A stretch of DNA of 64,000 nt from Eledone cirrhosa (lineage: Eukaryota): the NCBI GenBank assembly GCA_964016885.1, contig OZ024744.1:14756001-14820000 (forward strand), written 5' to 3'. The position numbers and the translations under genes are program-made. The notes below the pieces were generated by a model. The model was not told where the DNA came from. It worked only from the letters and a program-made list of their open reading frames with translations, and searched no databases. This document shows, in pieces, positions 14,011-30,850 of the stretch. How positions within the stretch are numbered: the stretch's first letter is position 1; each line of letters begins with the position of its first letter.

Positions 14011-17000
14011 CACTGTCTCTTATTTCTAAAATATAACACTGTCTCTTACTTCCAACATATAACACTGTCTCTTACCTCTAACATATAACACTGTCTCTTA
14101 CCTCTAACATATAACACTGTCACTTACTTCTAAATTATAACACTGTCTCTTACCTCTAACATATAACACTGTCTCTTCTAAGATATAACACTGTCTCTTA
14201 CTTCTAACATATAACACTGTCTCTCACTTCTAAAATATAACACTGTCTCTTACTTCTAACATATAACACTGTCCCTTACCTCTAACATATAACACTGTCT
14301 CTTACTTCTAAAATATAACACTGTCTCTTACTTCTAAAATATAACACTGTCTCTTACTTCTAAAATATAACTCTGTCTCTTACTTCTAACATATAACACT
14401 GTCTCTTACTTCTAACATATAACACTATCTCTAACCTCTAACATATAACACTGTCTCTTACTTCTAACATATAACACTGTCTCTTACTTCTAAAATATAA
14501 CACTGTCTCTTACCTCTAACATATAACACTGTCTCTTACCTCTAACATATAACACTGTCACTTACCTCTAACATATAACACTGTCTTTTACTTCTAACAT
14601 ATAACGCTGTCTCTTATCTCTAACATATAACACTGTCTCTTCCTTCTAACATATAACACTGTCTCTTACTTGTAATATATAACACTGTCTCTTACCTCTA
14701 ACATATAACACTGTCTCTTATTTCTAAAATATAACACTGTCTCTTACTTCCAACATATAACACTGTCTCTTACCTCTAACATATAACACTGTCTCTTACC
14801 TCTAACATATAACACTGTCACTTACTTCTAAAATATAACACTGTCTCTTACCTCTAACATATACCACTGTCTCTTCTAACATATAACACTGTCTCTTACT
14901 TCTAACATATAACACTGTCTCTTACTTCTAACATATAAGACTGTCTCTTACCTCTAACATATAACACTGTCTCTTACCTCTAACATATAACACTGTCACT
15001 TACTTCTAAAATATAACACTGTCTCTTACCTCTAACATATAACACTGTCTCTTCTAAGATATAACACTGTCTCTTACTTCTAACATATAACACTGTCTCT
15101 CACTTCTAAAATATAACACTGTCTCTTACTTCTAACATATAACACTGTCTCTTACTTCTAAAATATAACACTGTCTCTTACCTCTAACATATAACACTGT
15201 CTCTTCTAAGATATAACACTGTCTCTTACCTCTAACATATAACAATGTCTCTTACTTCTAACATATAACACTGTCTCTTACTTCTAACATATAACACTGT
15301 CTCTTACCTCTAACATATAACACTGTCTCTTCTAACATATAACACTGTCTCTTACTTCTAACATATAACACTGTCTCTTACTTCTAACATATAAAATGTC
15401 TCTTACCTCTAACATATAGTACTGTGTCTTCTAACATATAACACTGTCTCTTACATCTAACATACAACACTGTCTCTTACTTCGAACATATAACACTGTT
15501 TCTTATTTCTAACATATAACACTGTCTCTTACTTCTAACATATAACATTATCTCTAACCTCTAACATTTAACACTGTCTCTTACTTCTAACATATAACAC
15601 TGTCTCTTCTAACATATAACACTGTCTCTTACTTCTAAAATATAACACTGTCTCTTACTTCTAAAATATAACACTGTCTCTTACTTCGAACATATAACAC
15701 TGTGTCTTATTTCTTACATATAACACTGTCTCTTACTTCTAACATATAACACTATCTTTAACCTCTAACATATAACACTGTCTCTTACATCTAACATATA
15801 ACACTGTCACTTCCTTCTAACATATAACACTGTCTCTTACCTCTAACATATAACACTGTCTCTTACCTCTAACATATAACACTGTCTCTTACCTCTAACG
15901 TATAACACTGTCTCTTACCTCTATCATATAACACTGTCTCTTACCTCTATCATATAACACTGTCTCTTACCTCTAACATATAACACTGTCTCTTCTAACA
16001 TATAACACTGTCTCTTACTTCTAACATATAAAACTGTCTCTTACTTCTAACACATAAAACTGTCTCTTACCTCTAACATATAACAATGTGTCTTCTAACA
16101 TATAACACTGTCTCTTACTTCTAACATATAACACTGTCTCTTACATCTAACATACAACACTGTCTCTTACTTCTAACATATAACACTGTCTCTTCTAACA
16201 TATAAAACAGTCTCTTACTTCTAAAATATAACACTGTCTCTTACTTCTAACATATAACACTCTCTCTTACTTCTAAAATATAACACTGTCTCTTCCTTCT
16301 AAAATATAACACTGTGTCTTACTTTTAAATATACCACTGTCTCTTACTTCTAAAATATAACACTGTCTCTTACTTCGAACATATAACACTGTCTCTTATT
16401 TCTAACATATAACACTGTCTCTTACTTCTAACATATAACACTATGTCTAACCTCTAACATATAACACTGCCTCTTACTTCTACCATATAACACTGTCTCT
16501 TACTTCTAAAATATAACACTGTCTCTTACCGCTAACTTATAACACTGACTCTTTCCTCTAACATATAACACCGTCTCTTACTTCTAACACATAACACTGT
16601 CTCTTACCTCTAACATATAACACTGTCTCTTACCTCTAACATATAACACTGTCTCTTACCTCTAACATATAACACTGTCTCTTACCTCTAATATATAACA
16701 CTGTCTCTTACCTCTAACATATAACAATGTCTCTTACTTCTAACATATAACACTGTCTCTTACTTCTAACATATAACACTGTCTCTTACTTCTAACATAT
16801 AACACTGTCTCTTCTAAGATATAACACTGTCTCTTACTTCTAACATATAACACTGTCTCTCACTTCAAAAATATAACGCTGTCTCTTACTTCTAACATAT
16901 AACACTGTCTCTTACTTCTAAAATATAACACTGTCTCTTACTTCTAACATATAACACTGTCTCTTACTTCTAAAATATAACACTATCTCTTACTTCTAAA

Positions 17001-20000
17001 ATATAACACTGTCTCTTACTTCTAACATATAACACTGTCCCTTACCTCTAACATATAACACTGTCTCTTCTAAGATATAACACTGTCTCTTACTTCTAAC
17101 ATACAACACTGTCTCTTACTTCTAACATATAACACTGTCTCTTCTAACATATAACACTGTCTCTTACTTCTAACATATAACACAGTCTCTTACTTCTAAC
17201 ATATAACACTGCCTCTTACTTGTAATATATAACACTGTCTCTTACCTCTAACATATAACACTGTCTCTTATTTCTAACATATAACACTGTCTCTTATTTC
17301 TAAAATATAACACTGTCTCTTACTTCTAAAATATAAAACTGTCTCTTACTTCTAAAATATAAAACTGTCTCTTACTTCTAAAATATAACACTGTCTCTTA
17401 CTTCTAACATATAACACTGTCTCTTACTTCTAACATATAACACTGTCTCTTACATCTAACATATAACACTGTCTCTTACTTCTAAAATATAACACTGTCT
17501 CTTACTTCTAAAATATAACACTGTCTCTTACTTCTGAAATATAACTCTGTCTCTTACTTCTAACATATAACACTATCTCTTACTTCTAACATATAACACT
17601 ATCTCTAACCTCTAACATATAACACTGTCTCTTACTTCTAACATATAACACTGTCTCTTACTTCTAAAATATAACACTGTCTCTTACCTCAAACATATAA
17701 CACTGTCTCTTACCTCTAACCTATAACACTGTCACTTACCTCTAACATATAACACTGTCTCTTACTTCTAAAATATAACACTGTCTCTTACTCCTAAAAT
17801 GTAACACTGTCTCTTATCTCTAACATATAACACTGTCTCTTCCTTCTAACATATAACACTGCCTCTTACTTGTAATATATAACACTGTCTCTTACCTCTA
17901 ACATATAACACTGTCTCTTATTTCTAAAATATAACACTGTCTCTTACTTCCAACATATAACACTGTCTCTTACCTCTAACATATAACACTGTCTCTTACC
18001 TCTAACATATAACACTGTCACTTACTTCTAAATTATAACACTGTCTCTTACCTCTAACATATAACACTGTCTCTTCTAAGATATAACACTGTCTCTTACT
18101 TCTAACATATAACACTGTCTCTCACTTCTAAAATATAACACTGTCTCTTACTTCTAACATATAACACTGTCCCTTACCTCTAACATATAACACTGTCTCT
18201 TACTTCTAAAATATAACACTGTCTCTTACTTCTAAAATATAACACTGTCTCTTACTTCTAAAATATAACTCTGTCTCTTACTTCTAACATATAACACTGT
18301 CTCTTACTTCTAACATATAACACTATCTCTAACCTCTAACATATAACACTGTCTCTTACTTCTAAAATATAACACTGTCTCTTACCTCTAACATATAACA
18401 CTGTCTCTTACCTCTAACATATAACACTGTCACTTACCTCTAACATATAACAGTCTTTTACTTCTAAAATATAACGCTGTCTCTTATCTCTAACATATAA
18501 CACTGTCTCTTCCTTCTAACATATAACACTGTCTCTTACTTGTAATATATAACACTGTCTCTTACCTCTAACATATAACACTGTCTCTTATTTCTAAAAT
18601 ATAACACTGTCTCTTACTTCCAACATATAACACTGTCTCTTACCTCTAACATATAACACTGTCTCTTACCTCTAACATATAACACTGTCACTTACTTCTA
18701 AAATATAACACTGTCTCTTACCTCTAACATATACCACTGTCTCTTCTAACATATAACACTGTCTCTTACTTCTAACATATAACACTGTCTCTTACTTCTA
18801 ACATATAAGACTGTCTCTTACCTCTAACATATAACACTGTCTCTTACCTCTAACATATAACACTGTCACTTACTTCTAAAATATAACACTGTCTCTTACC
18901 TCTAACATATAACACTGTCTCTTCTAAGATATAACACTGTCTCTTACTTCTAACATATAACACTGTCTCTCACTTCTAAAATATAACACTGTCTCTTACT
19001 TCTAACATATAACACTGTCTCTTACTTCTAAAATATAACACTGTCTCTTACCTCTAACATATAACACTGTCTCTTCTAAGATATAACACAGTCTCTTACT
19101 TCTAACATATAACACTGTCTCTTACTTCTAACATATAAGACTGTCTCTTACCTCTAACATATAACACTGTCTCTTACCTCTAACATATAACACTGTCACT
19201 TACTTCTAAAATATAACACTGTCTCTTACCTCTAACATATAACACTGTCTCTTCTAAGATATAACACTGTCTCTTACTTCTAACATATAACACTGTCTCT
19301 CACTTCTAAAATATAACACTGTCTCTTACTTCTAACATATAACACTGTCTCTTACTTCTAAAATATAACACTGTCTCTTACCTCTAACATATAACACTGT
19401 CTCTTCTAAGATATAACACAGTCTCTTACCTCTAACATATAACAATGTCTCTTACTTCTAACATATAACACTGTCTCTTACTTCTAACATATAACACTGT
19501 CTCTTACCTCTAACATATAACACTGTCTCTTCTAACATATAACACTGTCTCTTACTTCTAACATATAACACTGTCTCTTACTTCTAACATATAAAATGTC
19601 TCTTACCTCTAACATATAGTACTGTGTCTTCTAACATATAACACTGTCTCTTACATCTAACATACAACACTGTCTCTTACTTCGAACATATAACACTGTT
19701 TCTTATTTCTAACATATAACACTGTCTCTTACTTCTAACATATAACACTATCTCTAACCTCTAACATATAACACTGTCTCTTACTTCTAACATATAACAC
19801 TGTCTCTTACTTCTAACATATAACACTGTCTCTTCTAACATATAACACTGTCTCTTACTTCTAAAATATAACACTGTCTCTTACTTCTAAAATATAACAC
19901 TGTCTCTTACTTCGAACATATAACACTGTGTCTTATTTCTTACATATAACACTGTCTCTTACTTCTAACATATAACACTATCTTTAACCTCTAACATATA

Positions 20001-20762
20001 ACACTGTCTCTTACATCTAACATATAACACTCTCACTTCCTTCTAACATATAACACTGTCTCTTACCTCTAACATATAACACTGTCTCTTACCTCTAACA
20101 TATAACACTGTCTCTTACCTCTAACGTATAACACTGTCTCTTACCTCTATCATATAACACTGTCTCTTACCTCTATCATATAACACTGTCTCTTACCTCT
20201 AACATATAACACTGTCTCTTCTAACATATAACACTGTCTCTTACTTCTAACATATAAAACTGTCTCTTACTTCTAACACATAAAACTGTCTCTTACCTCT
20301 AACATATAACAATGTGTCTTCTAACATATAACACTGTCTCTTACTTCTATCATATAACACTGTCTCTTACATCTAACATACAACACTGTCTCTTACTTCT
20401 AACATATAACACTGTCTCTTCTAACATATAAAACAGTCTCTTACTTCTAAAATATAACACTGTCTCTTACTTCTAACATATAACACTCTCTCTTACTTCT
20501 AAAATATAACACTGTCTCTTCCTTCTAAAATATAACACTGTGTCTTACTTTTAAATATACCACTGTCTCTTACTTCTAAAATATAACACTGTCTCTTACT
20601 TCGAACATATAACACTGTCTCTTATTTCTAACATATAACACTGTCTCTTACTTCTAACATATAACACTATGTCTAACCTCTAACATATAACACTGCCTCT
20701 TACTTCTACCATATAACACTGTCTCTTACTTCTAAAATATAACACTGTCTCTTACCGCTAAC
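13569..20762. repeat. Duplication with initial offset 3898 bp (~13569-16536 repeated at ~17467-20762)
   Basis: 'ctgaaatataactct' G at 13638/17536 and 'taaattataa' at 14131/18029 (3898). The offset drifts to 4226 at 'accgctaac' (16531/20757) through monomer-sized indels and a 330-bp local duplication. Confidence 0.85.
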
Positions 20763-23700
20763 ATATAACACTGTCTCTTACTTCTAACATATAACACTGT
20801 CTCTTACTTCTAACATATAAGACTGTCTCTTACCTCTAACATATAACACTGTCTCTTACCTCTAACATATAACACTGTCACTTACTTCTAAAATATAACA
20901 CTGTCTCTTACCTCTAACATATAACACTGTCTCTTCTAAGATATAACACTGTCTCTTACTTCTAACATATAACACTGTCTCTCACTTCTAAAATATAACA
21001 CTGTCTCTTACTTCTAACATATAACACTGTCTCTTACTTCTAAAATATAACACTGTCTCTTACCTCTAACATATAACACTGTCTCTTCTAAGATATAACA
21101 CTGTCTCTTACCTCTAACATATAACAATGTCTCTTACTTCTAACATATAACACTGTCTCTTACTTCTAACATATAACACTGTCTCTTACCTCTAACATAT
21201 AACACTGTCTCTTCTAACATATAACACTGTCTCTTACTTCTAACATATAACACTGTCTCTTACTTCTAACATATAAAATGTCTCTTACCTCTAACATATA
21301 GTACTGTGTCTTCTAACATATAACACTGTCTCTTACATCTAACATACAACACTGTCTCTTACTTCGAACATATAACACTGTTTCTTATTTCTAACATATA
21401 ACACTGTCTCTTACTTCTAACATATAACACTATCTCTAACCTCTAACATATAACACTGTCTCTTACTTCTAACATATAACACTATCTCTAACCTCTAACA
21501 TATAACACTGTCTCTTACTTCTAACATATAACACTGTCTCTTCTAACATATAACACTGTCTCTTACTTCTAAAATATAACACTGTCTCTTACTTCTAAAA
21601 TATAACACTGTCTCTTACTTCGAACATATAACACTGTGTCTTATTTCTTACATATAACACTGTCTCTTACTTCTAACATATAACACTATCTTTAACCTCT
21701 AACATATAACACTGTCTCTTACATCTAACATATAACACTGTCACTTCCTTCTAACATATAACACTGTCTCTTACCTCTAACATATAACACTGTCTCTTAC
21801 CTCTAACATATAACACTGTCTCTTACCTCTAACGTATAACACTGTCTCTTACCTCTATCATATAACACTGTCTCTTACCTCTATCATATAACACTGTCTC
21901 TTACCTCTAACATATAACACTGTCTCTTCTAACATATAACACTGTCTCTTACTTCTAACATATAAAACTGTCTCTTACTTCTAACACATAAAACTGTCTC
22001 TTACCTCTAACATATAATAATGTGTCTTCTAACATATAACACTGTCTCTTACTTCTAACATATAACACTGTCTCTTACATCTAACATACAACACTGTCTC
22101 TTACTTCTAACATATAACACTGTCTCTTCTAACATATAAAACAGTCTCTTACTTCTAAAATATAACACTGTCTCTTACTTCTAACATATAACACTCTCTC
22201 TTACTTCTAAAATATAACACTGTCTCTTCCTTCTAAAATATAACACTGTGTCTTACTTTTAAATATACCACTGTCTCTTACTTCTAAAATATAACACTGT
22301 CTCTTACTTCGAACATATAACACTGTCTCTTATTTCTAACATATAACACTGTCTCTTACTTCTAACATATAACACTATGTCTAACCTCTAACATATAACA
22401 CTGCCTCTTACTTCTACCATATAACACTGTCTCTTACTTCTAAAATATAACACTGTCTCTTACCGCTAACTTATAACACTGACTCTTTCCTCTAACATAT
22501 AACACCGTCTCTTACTTCTAACACATAACACTGTCTCTTACCTCTAACATATAACACTGTCTCTTACCTCTAACATATAACACTGTCTCTTACCTCTAAC
22601 ATATAACACTGTCTCTTACCTCTAATATATAACACTGTCTCTTACCTCTAACATATAACAATGTCTCTTACTTCTAACATATAACAGTGTCTCTTACTTC
22701 TAACATATAACACTGTCTCTTACTTCTAACATATAACACTGTCTCTTCTAAGATATAACACTGTCTCTTACTTCTAACATATAACACTGTCTCTCACTTC
22801 AAAAATATAACGCTGTCTCTTACTTCTAACATATAACACTGTCTCTTACTTCTAAAATATAACACTGTCTCTTACTTCTAACATATAACACTGTCTCTTA
22901 CTTCTAAAATATAACACTACCTCTTACTTCTAAAATATAACACTGTCTCTTACTTCTAACATATAACACTGTCCCTTACCTCTAACATATAACACTGTCT
23001 CTTCTAAGATATAACACTGTCTCTTACTTCTAACATACAACACTGTCTCTTACTTCTAACATATAACACTGTCTCTTCTAACATATAACACTGTCTCTTA
23101 CTTCTAACATATAACACTGTCTCTTACTTCTAACATATAACACTGCCTCTTACTTGTAATATATAACACTGTCTCTTACCTCTAACATATAACACTGTCT
23201 CTTATTTCTAACATATAACACTGTCTCTTATTTCTAAAATATAACACTGTCTCTTACTTCTAAAATATAAAACTGTCTCTTACTTCTAAAATATAAAACT
23301 GTCTCTTACTTCTAAAATATAACACTGTCTCTTACTTCTAACATATAACACTGTCTCTTACTTCTAACATATAACACTGTCTCTTACATCTAACATATAA
23401 CACTGTCTCTTACTTCTAAAATATAACACTGTCTCTTACTTCTAAAATATAACACTGTCTCTTACTTCTGAAATATAACTCTGTCTCTTACTTCTAACAT
23501 ATAACACTGTCTCTTACTTCTAACATATAACACTATCTCTAACCTCTAACATATAACACTGTCTCTTACTTCTAACATATAACACTGTCTCTTACTTCTA
23601 AAATATAACACTGTCTCTTACCTCAAACATATAACACTGTCTCTTACCTCTAACCTATAACACTGTCACTTACCTCTAACATATAACACTGTCTCTTACT

Positions 23701-26372
23701 TCTAAAATATAACACTGTCTCTTACTCCTAAAATGTAACACTGTCTCTTATCTCTAACATATAACACTGTCTCTTCCTTCTAACATATAACACTGCCTCT
23801 TACTTGTAATATATAACACTGTCTCTTACCTCTAACATATAACACTGTCTCTTATTTCTAAAATATAACACTGTCTCTTACTTCCAACATATAACACTGT
23901 CTCTTACCTCTAACATATAACACTGTCTCTTACCTCTAACATATAACACTGTCACTTACTTCTAAATTATAACACTGTCTCTTACCTCTAACATATAACA
24001 CTGTCTCTTCTAAGATATAACACTGTCTCTTACTTCTAACATATAACACTGTCTCTCACTTCTAAAATATAACACTGTCTCTTACTTCTAACATATAACA
24101 CTGTCCCTTACCTCTAACATATAACACTGTCTCTTACTTCTAAAATATAACACTGTCTCTTACTTCTAAAATATAACACTGTCTCTTACTTCTAAAATAT
24201 AACTCTGTCTCTTACTTCTAACATATAACACTGTCTCTTACTTCTAACATATAACACTATCTCTAACCTCTAACATATAACACTGTCTCTTACTTCTAAA
24301 ATATAACACTGTCTCTTACCTCTAACATATAACACTGTCTCTTACCTCTAACATATAACACTGTCACTTACCTCTAACATATAACAGTCTTTTACTTCTA
24401 AAATATAACGCTGTCTCTTATCTCTAACATATAACACTGTCTCTTCCTTCTAACATATAACACTGTCTCTTACTTGTAATATATAACACTGTCTCTTACC
24501 TCTAACATATAACACTGTCTCTTATTTCTAAAATATAACACTGTCTCTTACTTCCAACATATAACACTGTCTCTTACCTCTAACATATAACACTGTCTCT
24601 TACCTCTAACATATAACACTGTCACTTACTTCTAAAATATAACACTGTCTCTTACCTCTAACATATACCACTGTCTCTTCTAACATATAACACTGTCTCT
24701 TACTTCTAACATATAACACTGTCTCTTACTTCTAACATATAAGACTGTCTCTTACCTCTAACATATAACACTGTCTCTTACCTCTAACATATAACACTGT
24801 CACTTACTTCTAAAATATAACACTGTCTCTTACCTCTAACATATAACACTGTCTCTTCTAAGATATAACACTGTCTCTTACTTCTAACATATAACACTGT
24901 CTCTCACTTCTAAAATATAACACTGTCTCTTACTTCTAACATATAACACTGTCTCTTACTTCTAAAATATAACACTGTCTCTTACCTCTAACATATAACA
25001 CTGTCTCTTCTAAGATATAACACAGTCTCTTACCTCTAACATATAACAATGTCTCTTACTTCTAACATATAACACTGTCTCTTACTTCTAACATATAACA
25101 CTGTCTCTTACCTCTAACATATAACACTGTCTCTTCTAACATATAACACTGTCTCTTACTTCTAACATATAACACTGTCTCTTACTTCTAACATATAAAA
25201 TGTCTCTTACCTCTAACATATAGTACTGTGTCTTCTAACATATAACACTGTCTCTTACATCTAACATACAACACTGTCTCTTACTTCGAACATATAACAC
25301 TGTTTCTTATTTCTAACATATAACACTGTCTCTTACTTCTAACATATAACACTATCTCTAACCTCTAACATATAACACTGTCTCTTACTTCTAACATATA
25401 ACACTGTCTCTTACTTCTAACATATAACACTGTCTCTTCTAACATATAACACTGTCTCTTACTTCTAAAATATAACACTGTCTCTTACTTCTAAAATATA
25501 ACACTGTCTCTTACTTCGAACATATAACACTGTGTCTTATTTCTTACATATAACACTGTCTCTTACTTCTAACATATAACACTATCTTTAACCTCTAACA
25601 TATAACACTGTCTCTTACATCTAACATATAACACTGTCACTTCCTTCTAACATATAACACTGTCTCTTACCTCTAACATATAACACTGTCTCTTACCTCT
25701 AACATATAACACTGTCTCTTACCTCTAACGTATAACACTGTCTCTTACCTCTATCATATAACACTGTCTCTTACCTCTATCATATAACACTGTCTCTTAC
25801 CTCTAACATATAACACTGTCTCTTCTAACATATAACACTGTCTCTTACTTCTAACATATAAAACTGTCTCTTACTTCTAACACATAAAACTGTCTCTTAC
25901 CTCTAACATATAACAATGTGTCTTCTAACATATAACACTGTCTCTTACTTCTAACATATAACACTGTCTCTTACATCTAACATACAACACTGTCTCTTAC
26001 TTCTAACATATAACACTGTCTCTTCTAACATATAAAACAGTCTCTTACTTCTAAAATATAACACTGTCTCTTACTTCTAACATATAACACTCTCTCTTAC
26101 TTCTAAAATATAACACTGTCTCTTCCTTCTAAAATATAACACTGTGTCTTACTTTTAAATATACCACTGTCTCTTACTTCTAAAATATAACACTGTCTCT
26201 TACTTCGAACATATAACACTGTCTCTTATTTCTAACATATAACACTGTCTCTTACTTCTAACATATAACACTATGTCTAACCTCTAACATATAACACTGC
26301 CTCTTACTTCTACCATATAACACTGTCTCTTACTTCTAAAATATAACACTGTCTCTTACCGCTAACATATAA
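14887..26372. repeat. Tandem duplication of a ~5.6-5.9-kb block (14887-20768 and 20769-26372)
   Basis: 'ataagactg' 14939/20821 (5882); 'gctaacttataa' 16531/22465, 'taaattataa' 18029/23963 and 'cagtcttttac' 18451/24385 (5934); 'accgctaacat' 20757/26361 (5604). The shifts match a 52-bp and a 330-bp local duplication. Confidence 0.9.
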
Positions 26373-29300
26373 CACTGACTCTTTCCTCTAACATATAACA
26401 CCGTCTCTTACTTCTAACACATAACACTGTCTCTTACCTCTAACATATAACACTGTCTCTTACCTATAACATATAACACTGTCTCTTACCTCTAACATAT
26501 AACACTGTCTCTTACCTCTAATATATAACACTGTCTCTTACCTCTAACATATAACAATGTCTCTTACTTCTAACATATAACACTGTCTCTTACTTCTAAC
26601 ATATAACACTGTCTCTTACTTCTAACATATAACACTGTCTCTTCTAAGATATAACACTGTCTCTTACTTCTAACATATAACACTGTCTCTCACTTCAAAA
26701 ATATAACGCTGTCTCTTACTTCTAGCATATAACACTGTCTCTTACTTCTAAAATATAACACTGTCTCTTACTTCTAACATATAACACTGTCTCTTACTTC
26801 TAAAATATAACACTATCTCTTACTTCTAAAATATAACACTGTCTCTTACTTCTAACATATAACACTGTCCCTTACCTCTAACATATAACACTGTCTCTTC
26901 TAAGATACAACACTGTCTCTTACTTCTAACATACAACACTGTCTCTTACTTCTAACATATAACACTGTCTCTTCTAACATATAACACTGTCTCTTACTTC
27001 TAACATATAACACTGTCTCTTACTTCTAACATATAACACTGCCTCTTACTTGTAATATATAACACTGTCTCTTACCTCTAACATATAACACTGTCTCTTA
27101 TTTCTAACATATAACACTGTCTCTTATTTCTAAAATATAACACTGTCTCTTACTTCTAAAATATAAAACTGTCTCTTACTTCTAAAATATAAAACTGTCT
27201 CTTACTTCTAAAATATAACACTGTCTCTTACTTCTAACATATAACACTGACTCTTACTTCTAACATATAACACTGTCTCTTACATCTAACATATAACACT
27301 GTCTCTTACTTCTAACATATAACACTGTCTCTTACCTCTGACATATAACACTGTCTCTTACATCTATCATATAACACTGTCTCTTCCTTCTAACATATAA
27401 CACTGCCTCTTACTTGTAATATATAACACTGTCTCTTACCTCTAACATATAACACTGTCTCTTATTTCTAAAATATAACACTGTCTCTTACTTCCAACAT
27501 ATAACACTGTCTCTTACCTCTAACATATAACACTGTCTCTTACATCTAACATATAACACTGTCACTTACTTCTAACATATAACACTGTCTCTTACCTCTA
27601 ACATATAACACTGTCTCTTACTTCTAACATATAACACTGTCTCTTACCTCTAACATATAACACTGTCTCTTCTAACATATAACACTGTCTCTCACTTCTA
27701 ACATATAACACTGTCTCTTACTTCTAACATATAAAATGTCTCTTACCTCTAACATATAGTACTGTGTCTTCTAACATATAACACTGTCTCTTACATCTAA
27801 CATACAACACTGTCTCTTACATCTATCATATAACACTGTCTCTTCCTTCTAACATATAACACTGCCTCTTACTTGTAATATATAACACTGTCTCTTACCT
27901 CTAACATATAACACTGTCTCTTCTAAGATATAACACTGTCTCTTACTTCTAACATATAACACTGTCTCTCACTTCTAAAATATAACACTGTCTCTTACTT
28001 CTAACATATAACACTGTCTCTTACCTCTAACATATAACACTGTCTCTTCTAACATATAACACTGTCTCTTACTTCTAAAATATAACACTGTCTCTTACTT
28101 CTAAAATATAACACTGTCTCTTACTTCGAACATATAACACTGTGTCTTATTTCTTACATATAACACTGTCTCTTACTTCTAACATATAACACTATCTTTA
28201 ACCTCTAACATATAACACTGTCTCTTACTTCTAACATATAACACTGTCTCTTACTTCTAACATATAACACTGTCTCTTCTAACATATAACACTGTCTCTT
28301 ACTTCTAAAATATAACACTGTCTCTTACTTCTAAAATATAACACTGTCTCTTACTTCGAACATATAACACTGTGTCTTATTTCTTACATATAACACTGTC
28401 TCTTACTTCTAACATATAACACTATCTTTAACCTCTAACATATAACACTGTCTCTTACATCTAACATATAACACTGTCACTTCCTTCTAACATATAACAC
28501 TGTCTCTTACCTCTAACATATAACACTGTCTCTTACCTCTAACATATAACACTGTCTCTTACCTCTAACGTATAACACTGTCTCTTACCTCTATCATATA
28601 ACACTGTCTCTTACCTCTATCATATAACACTGTCTCTTACCTCTAACATATAACACTGTCTCTTCTAACATATAACACTGTCTCTTACTTCTAACATATA
28701 AAACTGTCTCTTACTTCTAACACATAAAACTGTCTCTTACCTCTAACATATAACAATGTGTCTTCTAACATATAACACTGTCTCTTACTTCTAACATATA
28801 ACACTGTCTCTTACATCTAACATACAACACTGTCTCTTACTTCTAACATATAACACTGTCTCTTCTAACATATAAAACAGTCTCTTACTTCTAAAATATA
28901 ACACTGTCTCTTACTTCTAACATATAACACTCTCTCTTACTTCTAAAATATAACACTGTCTCTTCCTTCTAAAATATAACACTGTGTCTTACTTTTAAAT
29001 ATACCACTGTCTCTTACTTCTAAAATATAACACTGTCTCTTACTTCGAACATATAACACTGTCTCTTATTTCTAACATATAACACTGTCTCTTACTTCTA
29101 ACATATAACACTATGTCTAACCTCTAACATATAACACTGCCTCTTACTTCTACCATATAACACTGTCTCTTACTTCTAAAATATAACACTGTCTCTTACC
29201 GCTAACATATAACACTGTCTCTTCTAACATATAACACTGACTCTTTCCTCTAACATATAACACCGTCTCTTACTTCTAACACATAACACTGTCTCTTACC

Positions 29301-30850
29301 TCTAACATATAACACTGTCTCTTACCTATAACATATAACACTGTCTCTTACCTCTAACATATAACACTGTCTCTTACCTCTAATATATAACACTGTCTCT
29401 TACCTCTAACATATAACAATGTCTCTTACTTCTAACATATAACACTGTCTCTTACTTCTAACATATAACACTGTCTCTTACTTCTAACATATAACACTGT
29501 CTCTTCTAAGATATAACACTGTCTCTTACTTCTAACATATAACACTGTCTCTCACTTCAAAAATATAACGCTGTCTCTTACTTCTAGCATATAACACTGT
29601 CTCTTACTTCTAAAATATAACACTGTCTCTTACTTCTAACATATAACACTGTCTCTTACTTCTAAAATATAACACTATCTCTTACTTCTAAAATATAACA
29701 CTGTCTCTTACTTCTAACATATAACACTGTCCCTTACCTCTAACATATAACACTGTCTCTTCTAAGATACAACACTGTCTCTTACTTCTAACATACAACA
29801 CTGTCTCTTACTTCTAACATATAACACTGTCTCTTCTAACATATAACACTGTCTCTTACTTCTAACATATAACACTGTCTCTTACTTCTAACATATAACA
29901 CTGCCTCTTACTTGTAACATATAACACTGTCTCTTATTTCTAAAATATAACACTGTCTCTTACTTCTAAAATATAAAACTGTCTCTTACTTCTAAAATAT
30001 AAAACTGTCTCTTACTTCTAAAATATAACACTGTCTCTTACTTCTAACATATAACACTGTCTCTTACTTCTAACATATAACACTGTCTCTTACATCTAAC
30101 ATATAACACTGTCTCTTACTTCTAACATATAACACTGTCTCTTACCTCTGACATATAACACTGTCTCTTACATCTATCATATAACACTGTCTCTTCCTTC
30201 TAACATATAACACTGCCTCTTACTTGTAATATATAACACTGTCTCTTACCTCTAACATATAACACTGTCTCTTATTTCTAAAATATAACACTGTCTCTTA
30301 CTTCCAACATATAACACTGTCTCTTACCTCTAACATATAACACTGTCTCTTACATCTAACATATAACACTGTCACTTACTTCTAACATATAACACTGTCT
30401 CTTACCTCTAACATATAACACTGTCTCTTACTTCTAACATATAACACTGTCTCTTACCTCTAACATATAACACTGTCTCTTCTAACATATAACACTGTCT
30501 CTCACTTCTAACATATAACACTGTCTCTTACTTCTAACATATAAAATGTCTCTTACCTCTAACATATAGTACTGTGTCTTCTAACATATAACACTGTCTC
30601 TTACATCTAACATACAACACTGTCTCTTACATCTATCATATAACACTGTCTCTTCCTTCTAACATATAACACTGCCTCTTACTTGTAATATATAACACTG
30701 TCTCTTACCTCTAACATATAACACTGTCTCTTCTAAGATATAACACTGTCTCTTACTTCTAACATATAACACTGTCTCTCACTTCTAAAATATAACACTG
30801 TCTCTTACTTCTAACATATAACACTGTCTCTTACCTCTAACATATAACAA
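25400..30850. repeat. Tandem duplication of a ~2.6-2.8-kb block (also present at ~44.0-49.2 kb)
   Basis: 'aacgtata' G 25730/28570 (2840), 'tctagcat' 26721/29583 (2862), AGTACT 27758/30568 (2810). In the second super-copy 'aacgtata' 44307/46917 is 2610 apart. Confidence 0.85.
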